Assembly: GCA_964625025.1 (NCBI GenBank) | Contig: CAZUZR010000006.1 | Span: 1 to 40,681 of the forward strand | Direction of reading: 5' to 3' | DNA from: an uncultured Planctomycetia bacterium | Lineage (GTDB): Bacteria > Omnitrophota > Gorgyraeia > Pluralincolimonadales > CAZUZR01 | Length of the DNA: 40,681 nucleotides | Shown: piece by piece, positions 21,890 through 30,402 of the stretch | Numbering within the stretch: position 1 is the first letter of the stretch | Layout: every line of letters starts with the position of its first letter | Made by a program: the position numbers and the translations under genes | Notes under the pieces: model-generated | The model's input: only the letters and a program-made list of their open reading frames with translations | The model's database searches: none | Told to the model about the DNA's origin: nothing

Positions 21890-23050
21890 CTACTTTCCCA
21901 TCCCAACCCTTTGAACCCGTTGGAAGATCTTCCCCTCAGTCTGAATGGAGGGAGCTATTATTATTTCGGTCTTTTTAAATTCTTTTATATTCCTTGCGCC
22001 AACAGAGCCCATTGAAGTCTGAAGCGCGCCCATTAGATTTTGTGAGCCGTCGTCTAATCGCGCAGGCCCAAATAAAATCTCTTCTAACGTTCCCGTCGTC
22101 CCTACCCGAATGCGAGTGCCTCTCGGCAAATTCGCATGTGAGGTCGCCATGCCCCAATGATAACCTTTGCCCGGCGCTTCTTTCGCACGGGCAAACGCAG
22201 AGCCGACCATCACAGCATCCGCACCACAAGCAAGGGCTTTACAAATCTCACCACCGATTCTCATCCCACCGTCGGTGATTATCGGCACATATATTCCAGT
22301 CTTCTTATAAAAGAGTTCTCGCGCTGCCGCACAATCTACTGTAGCCGTAACCTGCGGGACGCCAATTCCTAAAACCCCCCTTGTTGTGCACGCAGCACCA
22401 GGCCCAATCCCAACCAAAACCGCAGAAGCTCCTGCATCCATAAGTTCCAATGCGATATCGTACGTTACACAATTGCCGATAATGACCGGGATTTTCATAG
22501 TCCTACAAAATTTATAAAGATCAAGCGCCCTATATTCTCTTGAGATATGTTTAACGGTGCTGACAGTTGACTGAACAACAAAGATATCGGCGCCTGCACC
22601 TTGAGCGATTCTTCCGAACCTTTCGGCGCGCTGCGGAATAGCGCTTACAACCGCGGATGCGCCACCGGTTTTTATTTGTTTAACCCTCTTTTCTATTAAT
22701 TTCTCTTTTATCGGTTTTAAATAAATCGACTGTATAATTTCTGTGGCTTTTTCTGGGGTGACCCTGACCAACTTCTTTATTACCTCGTCGGGATTATCGT
22801 ATCTGGTCTGAACGCCCTCTAAATTTAAAACTGCAATTCCGCCAAGTTTTCCCATTGCTATTGCAAATTTCACGTCCACTACGCCATCCATCGCTGCCGC
22901 AAGAATCGGGACCCTGTATCTTTTCTTATCTATCTGCCAACTTGTATCAACTTCTGCAGGGTTAATGGTAACTTTCCCTGGCGCAAGGGCGATTTCATCG
23001 AAGCCATAACAGCGCCGCGCTTTTCTATCAATGCCTATATATTCGCCCAT
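21890..23050 (-). CDS. IMP dehydrogenase family protein without CBS subdomain (GuaB3/IMPDH-related type)
   Basis: 386 aa TIM-barrel with catalytic-loop motif VGIGPGAACTTR. No CBS pair insertion. Confidence 0.8.
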   Translation of the reverse strand: MGEYIGIDRKARRCYGFDEIALAPGKVTINPAEVDTSWQIDKKRYRVPILAAAMDGVVDVKFAIAMGKLGGIAVLNLEGVQTRYDNPDEVIKKLVRVTPEKATEIIQSIYLKPIKEKLIEKRVKQIKTGGASAVVSAIPQRAERFGRIAQGAGADIFVVQSTVSTVKHISREYRALDLYKFCRTMKIPVIIGNCVTYDIALELMDAGASAVLVGIGPGAACTTRGVLGIGVPQVTATVDCAAARELFYKKTGIYVPIITDGGMRIGGEICKALACGADAVMVGSAFARAKEAPGKGYHWGMATSHANLPRGTRIRVGTTGTLEEILFGPARLDDGSQNLMGALQTSMGSVGARNIKEFKKTEIIIAPSIQTEGKIFQRVQRVGMGK

Positions 23051-23081
23051 AAAATCGTATCCTCCTTAAAATTATAGGTTA

Positions 23082-23110
23082 ATGATATAAAAATGTGCAT
23101 TAAAAGTCAA
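23082..23110 (-). promoter_or_regulatory. sigma-70 promoter candidate for the IMPDH-family gene
   Basis: Sense strand reads TTGACT (23105-23110), 17 nt, then TATCAT (23082-23087). An AAGGAGG RBS lies downstream. Confidence 0.4.
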
Positions 23111-23232
23111 GACAAATTGCCCTCTTTGAAATTTAAGTTTAGGCTTGTGTCCTTTCTTTATTACTCGCTTTAGATTAATATAGGGCTGCGTCATAAACCG
23201 GCTCTGCGCGAAATATCAAATTTCTTGGAAAC

Positions 23233-23270
23233 AAAAATGCCTCTTGATTTGACATTCAAGAGGCATTTTT
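23233..23270 (-). terminator. rho-independent (bidirectional) terminator of the groE operon
   Basis: AAAAATGCCTCTTGA-tttgacat-TCAAGAGGCATTTTT: an 11-bp perfect stem flanked by an A-run and a T-run, 28 nt downstream of groES2. Confidence 0.85.
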
Positions 23271-23297
23271 AGAATTATCTTCCGAAGCGAATTGTTT

Positions 23298-23585
23298 TTA
23301 CTTCACCACGGCCAGAATATCGTCGTGCTCTATTATGAGGTACTCCTTATCGTCAACCTTTACTTCGCTTCCTGAATACTTTCCAAATATTACGGTATCG
23401 CCTGCTTTTACATCCGGCGCAATTACTTTTCCATTTGAAAGGGTCTTTCCAGAACCGACAGCAATCACCTTTGCTTCCTGTGGTTTTTCTTTTGCTGTAT
23501 CCGGAAGGATTATTCCGCCTTTTGTTTTATCCTTGGCCTTCAAAATCTCAACGATAACTTTCTCTCCAATAGGTTTTAGATTCAT
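23298..23585 (-). CDS. groES: co-chaperonin GroES, second copy (downstream of groEL)
   Basis: 95 aa, full-length Cpn10 with mobile loop [17 protein letters not shown]. Own RBS GAGGG; 36-nt gap after groEL. Confidence 0.92.
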   Translation of the reverse strand: MNLKPIGEKVIVEILKAKDKTKGGIILPDTAKEKPQEAKVIAVGSGKTLSNGKVIAPDVKAGDTVIFGKYSGSEVKVDDKEYLIIEHDDILAVVK

Positions 23586-23621
23586 AATTTCCCTCTTTCA
23601 ATTTTGATTTTTGCTTTTTCG

Positions 23622-25250
23622 TTAGTACATATCTCCACCATATCCACCGTGCGGAGGCATTGGAGGCATCTTTTCCTTTTCCGGGATATCGGTAACCAAA
23701 GCTTCTGTGGTTAACAATAACGCTGCGATTGACGCCGCGTTTTGTAGAGCGGTTCGTGCAACTTTCGTCGGGTCAATAACGCCGGCCTCGATCATATCGA
23801 CGTAGTTGGTCTGTAATACGTCGTATCCAACATTTGTCTTCTCATGCTTTACTCGCTCAGCAACGACCGAACCTTCCAGCCCAGCATTCTCAGCGATTTG
23901 TCGTATTGGCTCTTCCAAAGCACGCTTTACGATTTCTATCCCTATTTGTTCATCGCCGTTTAATTTTAATTTTTCAAGTCCCGGGACGCACCTTAAGAAG
24001 GCAACTCCACCTCCCGGAACGATGCCTTCCTCTACGGCTGCGCGAGTCGCATGTAGCGCGTCTTCAACGCGAGCCTTCTTCTCCTTCATTTCGGTCTCAG
24101 TTGCAGCGCCAACGTTTATCACCGCAACTCCACCGGCCAACTTGGCTAAGCGCTCCTGCAATTTCTCTTTGTCATAATCGGAATCTGTCCCTTCAATCTG
24201 TTTCTTTATTTGGGCAATCCTTCCCTTAATCTCCGACTGTTTCCCTGCTCCCTCGACGATAGTGGTATTTTCTTTATCTACGGTTACTCTCTTTGCGCGC
24301 CCTAAATCTTCAAGCGAAATATTCTCTAATTTTATACCTAAATCTTCTGTTAGTGCGCGGCCACCTGTTAAGTTAGCAATATCCTCAAGCATCGCTTTTC
24401 TTCTGTCGCCATAACCCGGCGCCTTTACTGCGCAACAAGAGAAAGTATTACGCAATTTATTTACAACCAGCGTCGCAAGCGCTTCGCCTTCGACTTCTTC
24501 CGCGATTACTAATAACGGTTTGCCAGTCCTAGCGATTTTTTCAAGAAGGGGCAGCATATCCTTCAAGACCGAAATCTTCTTCTCGTGAATTAAAATATAT
24601 GGCTCCTCTAGGACCGCTTCCATCCTCTCCGCATCAGTGACAAAATACGGGGAAAGATAGCCCTGGTCAAATTGCATACCTTCAACAACTTTTAAAGTCG
24701 TCTCTGTCGCCTTTGCTTCTTCAACTGTTATGACGCCGTCTTTGCCAACCTTTTCCATCGCGTCTGCTATTAAATCTCCGATTGTTTTATCATTATTGGC
24801 TGCAATTGAGGCAACCTGTGAAATCTCCTTCTTATCCTTTATCTGCTTGGATAACTTCTTTAACTGTTCGATAACTTCCTCTACTGCTTTATCGATTCCG
24901 CGTTTTAAAACCATAGGGTTTGCGCCAGCGGTTACATTTTTTAGGCCTTCTCTGTAAATCGCTTCGGCCAAAAGCGTGGCTGTGGTTGTGCCATCTCCAG
25001 CGGTGTCAGATGTTTTGGTTGCAACCTCCTTTACCATTTCAGCGCCCATATTTTCATATGGATCTTCAAGTTCAATCTCCTTTGCAACGGTAACTCCATC
25101 CTTGGTTATTGTGGGTGAACCAAATTTCTTATCCAATACTACATTTCGCCCTTTAGGTCCAAGGGTTACCCTAACTGCCCTTGATAATTGTTCCACGCCC
25201 CTTAAAATCGCTCGCCTTGCCTCATCGCTAAATAACAATTGCTTTGCCAC
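23622..25250 (-). CDS. groEL: chaperonin GroEL
   Basis: 542 aa, GTG start. Motif [11 protein letters not shown] and a Gly/Met-rich C-terminal tail. Confidence 0.97.
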   Translation of the reverse strand: MAKQLLFSDEARRAILRGVEQLSRAVRVTLGPKGRNVVLDKKFGSPTITKDGVTVAKEIELEDPYENMGAEMVKEVATKTSDTAGDGTTTATLLAEAIYREGLKNVTAGANPMVLKRGIDKAVEEVIEQLKKLSKQIKDKKEISQVASIAANNDKTIGDLIADAMEKVGKDGVITVEEAKATETTLKVVEGMQFDQGYLSPYFVTDAERMEAVLEEPYILIHEKKISVLKDMLPLLEKIARTGKPLLVIAEEVEGEALATLVVNKLRNTFSCCAVKAPGYGDRRKAMLEDIANLTGGRALTEDLGIKLENISLEDLGRAKRVTVDKENTTIVEGAGKQSEIKGRIAQIKKQIEGTDSDYDKEKLQERLAKLAGGVAVINVGAATETEMKEKKARVEDALHATRAAVEEGIVPGGGVAFLRCVPGLEKLKLNGDEQIGIEIVKRALEEPIRQIAENAGLEGSVVAERVKHEKTNVGYDVLQTNYVDMIEAGVIDPTKVARTALQNAASIAALLLTTEALVTDIPEKEKMPPMPPHGGYGGDMY

Positions 25251-25271
25251 TTTTTACTCCCTCCTTTTTAT

Positions 25272-25313
25272 CCTTCGACTTCGCTCAGGATAAAACCCTG
25301 AGTTTATCGAAGG
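25272..25313 (-). repeat. interrupted inverted repeat (stem-loop) between groES1 and groEL
   Basis: CCTTCGA..CTCAGG-ataaaac-CCTGAG..TCGAAGG, located between the groES1 stop and the groEL RBS. Confidence 0.6.
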
Positions 25314-25320
25314 GTTTTAT

Positions 25321-25623
25321 TTATTTTCCGCCTTTGGTGGAAACTATCGCCAAAATATCATCTTCTTTCAGAATCAAGAAATCTTCGTCGTTATGGTTTA
25401 TTTCCGTGCCGGAATATTTACCGAATAAAATTACATCTCCTATTTTTACTTCCAACGACTTTATGGTTCCGTCTTCAAGCAACTTGCCTTTTCCAACAGC
25501 TATTACTTTGCCTTCTTGGGGTTTTTCCTTCGCAGTATCAGGAAGCACTATACCTCCTTTTGTCTTCTCTTCTGCCTCTAAGGCCTTTACTAAAATCCTG
25601 TCTCCTAAAGGTTGAACAGCCAT
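25321..25623 (-). CDS. groES: co-chaperonin GroES, first copy (upstream of groEL)
   Basis: 100 aa Cpn10 with mobile loop [29 protein letters not shown]. Confidence 0.95.
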   Translation of the reverse strand: MAVQPLGDRILVKALEAEEKTKGGIVLPDTAKEKPQEGKVIAVGKGKLLEDGTIKSLEVKIGDVILFGKYSGTEINHNDEDFLILKEDDILAIVSTKGGK

Positions 25624-25688
25624 TTATACACCTCCTTAACGCTTTGGGGTTCAATAAAGTAGGGTAAGAATTGTTTTTGATGGCAAAA

Positions 25689-25715
25689 TTAGCACTCTCA
25701 AAGGTAGAGTGCTAA
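25689..25715. promoter_or_regulatory. CIRCE operator (HrcA binding site)
   Basis: TTAGCACTC-tcaaaggta-GAGTGCTAA, a perfect match to the CIRCE consensus TTAGCACTC-N9-GAGTGCTAA. It lies between the promoter and groES1. Confidence 0.93.
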
Positions 25716-25725
25716 ATCTGTTAAT

Positions 25726-25753
25726 ATTATATTAAAAAAATAACTTTTGTCAA
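25726..25753 (-). promoter_or_regulatory. sigma-70 promoter of the groE operon
   Basis: Sense strand reads TTGACA (25748-25753), 16 nt, then TATAAT (25726-25731), immediately upstream of CIRCE. Confidence 0.75.
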
Positions 25754-25795
25754 GAAAAAAATTTGGGGGGACGTTCCATTTGGGGACACTCCAGT

Positions 25796-26548
25796 TTAAA
25801 TAGCCTGTCCCTTTTGAGAAGGTCCCCATTCGTAAATTATCCTTAAGCCCTGGATGGTCAAATCTGGCTCGACTATATCTATCGATTTTGCGAATTTAGC
25901 CAAAAGGCGGCAATGGCCGCCGGTTGCGATTACTAATTGTTCACCAAATTTCGCCTTTAATTTTTCAATTAAGCAATCACAAAGTGAACCGAAACCAAAG
26001 AATATTCCGCTTCTCATACTGCTTATGGTATCTCTTCCTAAGAGCTCTTTAGGTTGCGATAATTTTATATGAGGAAGGAGCGCTGTTTTTGACGACAACG
26101 CCTCAAGCGAAATTTCAATTCCAGGCACTATAATCCCACCCAAATATTCTCGCCTTTTAGAAATTACATCGAAAGTAATCGCTGTGCCGAAATCAACGAC
26201 TATTATCGGAAACCCAAAAAGTTCGCAGGCGGCTACGGCATTTACTAACCTGTCCTGCCCTACTTGCTTTGGAATATGGTACAAATTTTTTATAGGTGCT
26301 CTAACATTCTCACCCAAGACTAAGGGGACTGTTTTAAATCTATTTTTCACCAGTTTCTTTATAATAGGCGTTGTTTCAGGAACGACGCTTGATATTATTA
26401 CACCATCAATATCCTTTAATGGCTTTAACGATTTAGCTTTTGAAAATATGCTGTTTGTGGAAATTTTCCACGTAGACTTTAACCACCTTCCTTGAAAAAC
26501 CCCAAATGCTATCGTTGTATTTCCGATATCGATTGTAAGTAGCATCAC
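25796..26548 (-). CDS. coaX: type III pantothenate kinase
   Basis: 250 aa with ASKHA-fold motifs LLTIDIGNTTIAFG and DFGTAITFD. Confidence 0.92.
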   Translation of the reverse strand: MMLLTIDIGNTTIAFGVFQGRWLKSTWKISTNSIFSKAKSLKPLKDIDGVIISSVVPETTPIIKKLVKNRFKTVPLVLGENVRAPIKNLYHIPKQVGQDRLVNAVAACELFGFPIIVVDFGTAITFDVISKRREYLGGIIVPGIEISLEALSSKTALLPHIKLSQPKELLGRDTISSMRSGIFFGFGSLCDCLIEKLKAKFGEQLVIATGGHCRLLAKFAKSIDIVEPDLTIQGLRIIYEWGPSQKGQAI

Positions 26549-27504
26549 CGCACCAAAATTACATCGCCCGCGAAAACTTTTTCAGTAAAGCCTGAGTCCC
26601 GACGAACAAGGAGGGCGCCGCTTAAATCCAAATCGACAGCATAACCTTCCAATTTTTTATCTTGGCAGACGATTTTCACCCTGTTTCCTAACATAGATGA
26701 AAGGTTTCTCCATTCTGAAACTACCTCACCAAAACCTTCCTCTTTGAATAGTAGACATTGCTCCTCTATTTGTCTTAGCAGTTCTTTAGTCAGCTCGACT
26801 CGCGAAACTGTTTCGCCAAGCTCTATCTTTAGTGAGGTAGCCCCTTTTGGAAGCGCCTCTTTGCTTGTATTTACATTTATGCCTAGCCCCAGGATTATAT
26901 ATTTTACCGTATTTACCTCCGCGCTCATCTCGGTTAAAATGCCGCAGACCTTTCGCCCATCGATTAAAATATCGTTAGGCCATCTAATTAGCGCTGGAAG
27001 AAGAGTTTGCTTTCTTATCGCTTTAGCAACAGCAATGGCGGACATCAAAGTAATCTTCGGCGCTTCGGTAGGTAAGATTTTCGGCCTTAGTATCAACGAA
27101 AGATAAATGCCTTTTCCTTTTGGCGATGCCCATTCTCTTCCCAATCTACCTCTTCCTTTTGATTGTCCTTCGCAAAAGACTACGGCGCCCTCAGGCGAGC
27201 CTGTCTGTGCAAGGCGATGTGCGATATCCATCGTCGAATCTGCCGTCTCGTATGAATATATCTTCTTGCCAATTAATTTTGTGCCGAGCCCGTATGAAAT
27301 CTCTTCAGCGATTAGCTTATCAGGCACTGCTATTAATTTATACCCCAGGTGCGGTTGCGCGATTATATTATATCCCTCACTTCTTAACTGCTCAATATGC
27401 TTCCAAATCGCGGAGCGCGAGATTTTCAATTCTTCGCTTAATTCCTCGCCGGATATGAATTCGCCTTTTGAGGAACGAAATATGTTTAGGATTTTATCAT
27501 CCAT
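26545..27504 (-). CDS. birA: bifunctional biotin--[acetyl-CoA-carboxylase] ligase / biotin operon repressor
   Basis: 319 aa with an N-terminal wHTH (ISGEELSEELKISRSAIWKHI) and the GRGRLGREW biotin-binding loop. Confidence 0.92.
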   Translation of the reverse strand: MDDKILNIFRSSKGEFISGEELSEELKISRSAIWKHIEQLRSEGYNIIAQPHLGYKLIAVPDKLIAEEISYGLGTKLIGKKIYSYETADSTMDIAHRLAQTGSPEGAVVFCEGQSKGRGRLGREWASPKGKGIYLSLILRPKILPTEAPKITLMSAIAVAKAIRKQTLLPALIRWPNDILIDGRKVCGILTEMSAEVNTVKYIILGLGINVNTSKEALPKGATSLKIELGETVSRVELTKELLRQIEEQCLLFKEEGFGEVVSEWRNLSSMLGNRVKIVCQDKKLEGYAVDLDLSGALLVRRDSGFTEKVFAGDVILVR

Positions 27505-27530
27505 AAAAACCTCCAGGGACGGTTCTGAAA

Positions 27531-29495
27531 CTAATCGGAGAAGTGTCCCTTCTTGCGCAATGCTGCGATTTGGTCGCGGAAGAATACGGCGCGTTCAAAC
27601 TGCAGATTTCGAGCGGCCAAATCCATCTCGTATTCTAATTCGGCAATTGTGCGCTCTACGTCATATTCATTGGCTTCAACTCCCACCGCTTCCATCTCAA
27701 CCTCTCGCGCTTCTTCTAACATCTCAATGCCTTCGCGTATTGCCTTTTTAATAGTCTGGGGCGTAATGCCATGTTTTTTATTGTAATCCATTTGTAACCT
27801 TCGCCTTCGATTTGTTTCATCAATTGCGCGTTTTAGAGAGCCGGTTAAATTATCCGCATACATAATTACCCGACCGTTTATATTTCTCGCTGCTCGGCCT
27901 GCGACCTGAATTAACGAAGTCTGCGACCTTAAAAAACCCTCCTTGTCTGCATCCAAGACTGCAACTAATGATACCTCTGGTAAATCCAGACCTTCTCGCA
28001 ATAGATTTACTCCGACCAAACAATCAAATTCACCTAGCCGCAATTCTTTTAATATTTTAACCCGTTCTATCGTATCTATATCCGAATGAATATACTTAAC
28101 GCGTAAGTTTAGCTCCTGTAAATACGCACATAAATCTTCTGCCATCCGCTTAGTTAAAGTTGTGATGAGAACTCGTTCCTTGGCTCTTGCGCGACTGCGA
28201 ATTTGCTCGATTAAATCGTCAATTTGTCCTTCTGTAGATTTTACTATGACCTCTGGGTCAACCAATCCTGTTGGCCGTATAAGTTGCTCGACTACCTTAC
28301 CCTCGGACTTCTCAACTTCATATTCCGAAGGCGTTGCGGAGACGAAGATGACCTGTTTTACTAAATTTTCGAACTCATCGTAGCATAAAGGCCTGTTATC
28401 GAGACAGGATGGAAGCCTAAAACCATATTCGACCAAAATCTCTTTGCGTGAGCGGTCGCCCTCATACATCCCCCTTATCTGTGGGAGGGCCACATGTGAC
28501 TCATCAATTATCGTTAAAAAATCATCTGGAAAATAATCGATTAGACAATAGGGCCTTGAGCCAGGCGGGCGGCCGCTTAAATGGCGCGAGTAATTCTCTA
28601 TTCCGTGGCAATATCCGACTTCGCGCAACATCTCCATATCGTATTTTGTGCGCGATTCAAGCATTTTTCCTTGTGAACGAAAGAATTCGAGCCGTTCTTG
28701 AAGTTCCTGCTCAATAGTTTTAATCGCTCGCTCTATCTTGTCGCCTTTCGTTATAAAATGTTTTGCCGGATAAACCGCAACCCTTTCCCTTCTGCCAATT
28801 ATTTTTCCCGTAAGTGGATTAAATTTCTGAATCCTTTGGATTTCATCGCCATAAAATTCAATTCTAATCGCCTCTTCCTCATATGCAGGAAATACCTCCA
28901 CGGTGTCGCCTCGCACCCTTATCCTTCCGCGCAGGAACTCGATTGCGTTTCGCTCATATTGGATATCAATGAGCTTACGCAATAATTCATCCCTATCTAT
29001 CGTTTGCCCTTCTTCGATTGAGACCAACATCTCTTCATAATCTTCTGGCGAACCTAAATTATAAATGCAGGATACGCTCGCAACGATTATCACATCATCG
29101 CGGGACATCAAAGACGAGGTAGCAGAAAGTCGCAGTCGGTCGAGCCTCTCATTTATCGAAGCATCCTTTTCGATATAAGTATCAGTCTGGGGGATGTACG
29201 CTTCGGGTTGGTAATAGTCGTAATAACTGACGAAATATTCGACCGCGTTTTCTGGGAAGAACTCTTTAAATTCGCTGTAAAGTTGCGCCGCTAAGGTCTT
29301 ATTGTGGGAGATTACTAATGTGGGTCTACCGACCTTTTCAATGAGATTCGCTATTGTAAAGGTCTTGCCTGAGCCGGTTACGCCCAGCAAGATTTGATGT
29401 CGCTTACCGTTATCTATTCCATCGGTGAGCGCCCTGATTGCCTGCGGCTGGTCGCCACAGGGCTTAAACAAAGATAACAGCTTGAATTTTGCCAT
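27531..29495 (-). CDS. uvrB: excinuclease ABC subunit B
   Basis: 654 aa with Walker [13 protein letters not shown] box, and a C-terminal UVR domain ([13 protein letters not shown]). Confidence 0.96.
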   Translation of the reverse strand: MAKFKLLSLFKPCGDQPQAIRALTDGIDNGKRHQILLGVTGSGKTFTIANLIEKVGRPTLVISHNKTLAAQLYSEFKEFFPENAVEYFVSYYDYYQPEAYIPQTDTYIEKDASINERLDRLRLSATSSLMSRDDVIIVASVSCIYNLGSPEDYEEMLVSIEEGQTIDRDELLRKLIDIQYERNAIEFLRGRIRVRGDTVEVFPAYEEEAIRIEFYGDEIQRIQKFNPLTGKIIGRRERVAVYPAKHFITKGDKIERAIKTIEQELQERLEFFRSQGKMLESRTKYDMEMLREVGYCHGIENYSRHLSGRPPGSRPYCLIDYFPDDFLTIIDESHVALPQIRGMYEGDRSRKEILVEYGFRLPSCLDNRPLCYDEFENLVKQVIFVSATPSEYEVEKSEGKVVEQLIRPTGLVDPEVIVKSTEGQIDDLIEQIRSRARAKERVLITTLTKRMAEDLCAYLQELNLRVKYIHSDIDTIERVKILKELRLGEFDCLVGVNLLREGLDLPEVSLVAVLDADKEGFLRSQTSLIQVAGRAARNINGRVIMYADNLTGSLKRAIDETNRRRRLQMDYNKKHGITPQTIKKAIREGIEMLEEAREVEMEAVGVEANEYDVERTIAELEYEMDLAARNLQFERAVFFRDQIAALRKKGHFSD

Positions 29496-29499
29496 ATTT

Positions 29500-30402
29500 T
29501 TATTTTGCGCCGCACCTATGCATTGGTGCGGGCTTTATTACTTCTAAGGAAAAATCTATTGTTTTTGCGGAATGCGTGAGGGCGCCGATTGAAATCATAT
29601 CGGCTCCGGTTGAAGCAATTTCTTTGACGTTTTTCAAATTAACCCTGCCGGAGACTTCTAATTTAGTCCATAGTCGATAGTGAATGGTCGATAATAGCGA
29701 ATTACGGAGTTTAACAGCTGCTTTTATCTCTTTCAGATTCATATTATCCAGCATAATTATGTGCGGCCTAATTTTTATAGCTTCTTTAAGTTCCCTCAAA
29801 TTTTTAACTTCTATCTCAGTTTTTATTCCGTTTTTCTTGGCCTTTTTAATTACTCCATCAACTATCAACCATTGACCATCAACTATTTTTAAGTGATTAT
29901 CTTTAATTAGAATCTGGTCGTATAAACCCATCCTGTGATTGTGGCCGCCGCCGACTCTAACAGCATATTTTTCTAGCGTTCGCAGTCCTGGCGTGGTCTT
30001 GCGCGTGTCCATAATTTTGGCTTTATATGGTTTTATCGCCTTTACAAATTGGATAGTCAAAGTTGCAATCCCTGAAAGATGGCTCAAAAAATTCAATGCG
30101 ACCCTTTCCGCAATCAATATTGCCCGCGCATCACCTTCTAAGGACGCTATCACGCTATTGGCTTTAAATCTCTTGCCGTCTAAAACAAACGGCATAAATT
30201 TAATTTTCGGGTCGAGCAATTTAAATGACGCCATAGAAATTACGATACCGGCGAGGATTCCCGATTCCTTTGCAATAATCTTCGCCTGAATTACTTTGCC
30301 TTTTGGAATAATCGCCTGTATAGTGATATCCCCGCGCCCTATATCTTCGGTTAGGGCACGACGAACGATTTCGAAGATTTCTTTTTTATCTAAACTCCTA
30401 AT
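29500..30402 (-). CDS. nadC: nicotinate-nucleotide diphosphorylase (carboxylating); the start is non-canonical or unresolved
   Basis: The ORF-track call (29500-30234, 244 aa) lacks the conserved NadC N-terminus. That N-terminus (..[33 protein letters not shown]..) is encoded in frame upstream with no ATG/GTG/TTG. An ATT at 30400-30402 follows AAGGGAG. Confidence 0.8.
   Translation of the reverse strand: MRSLDKKEIFEIVRRALTEDIGRGDITIQAIIPKGKVIQAKIIAKESGILAGIVISMASFKLLDPKIKFMPFVLDGKRFKANSVIASLEGDARAILIAERVALNFLSHLSGIATLTIQFVKAIKPYKAKIMDTRKTTPGLRTLEKYAVRVGGGHNHRMGLYDQILIKDNHLKIVDGQWLIVDGVIKKAKKNGIKTEIEVKNLRELKEAIKIRPHIIMLDNMNLKEIKAAVKLRNSLLSTIHYRLWTKLEVSGRVNLKNVKEIASTGADMISIGALTHSAKTIDFSLEVIKPAPMHRCGAK
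29666..29693. repeat. solo heptamer array (GTCCATA-type x4) in frame inside nadC
   Basis: Plus strand reads GTCCATA GTCGATA GTGAATG GTCGATA. It encodes ..[10 protein letters not shown].., an apparent ~9-aa insertion before the conserved LEVSG. Confidence 0.7.

Noticed and set aside
23111-23232. Possible purine riboswitch, small ORF or ncRNA in the 247-bp gap upstream of the IMPDH-family gene.
   Set aside because: No purine-riboswitch core or convincing conserved stem is visible, and the only ORF is 11 codons. I cannot support any call from the sequence alone.
25244-25615. 123-aa plus-strand ORF containing the FDFAQDK peptide.
   Set aside because: It is antisense to groES1 and runs through the intergenic hairpin. 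The peptide is an artefact of translating a palindromic repeat.
27107-27751. 214-aa plus-strand ORF spanning the birA/uvrB junction, and similar long plus-strand ORFs (e.g. 8553-9056, 2226-2708, 6972-7436, 3119-3535, 33110-33472).
   Set aside because: All lie antisense to well-conserved minus-strand genes, have low-complexity Ser/Pro/Phe-rich translations and no recognisable family or RBS. They are shadow ORFs.
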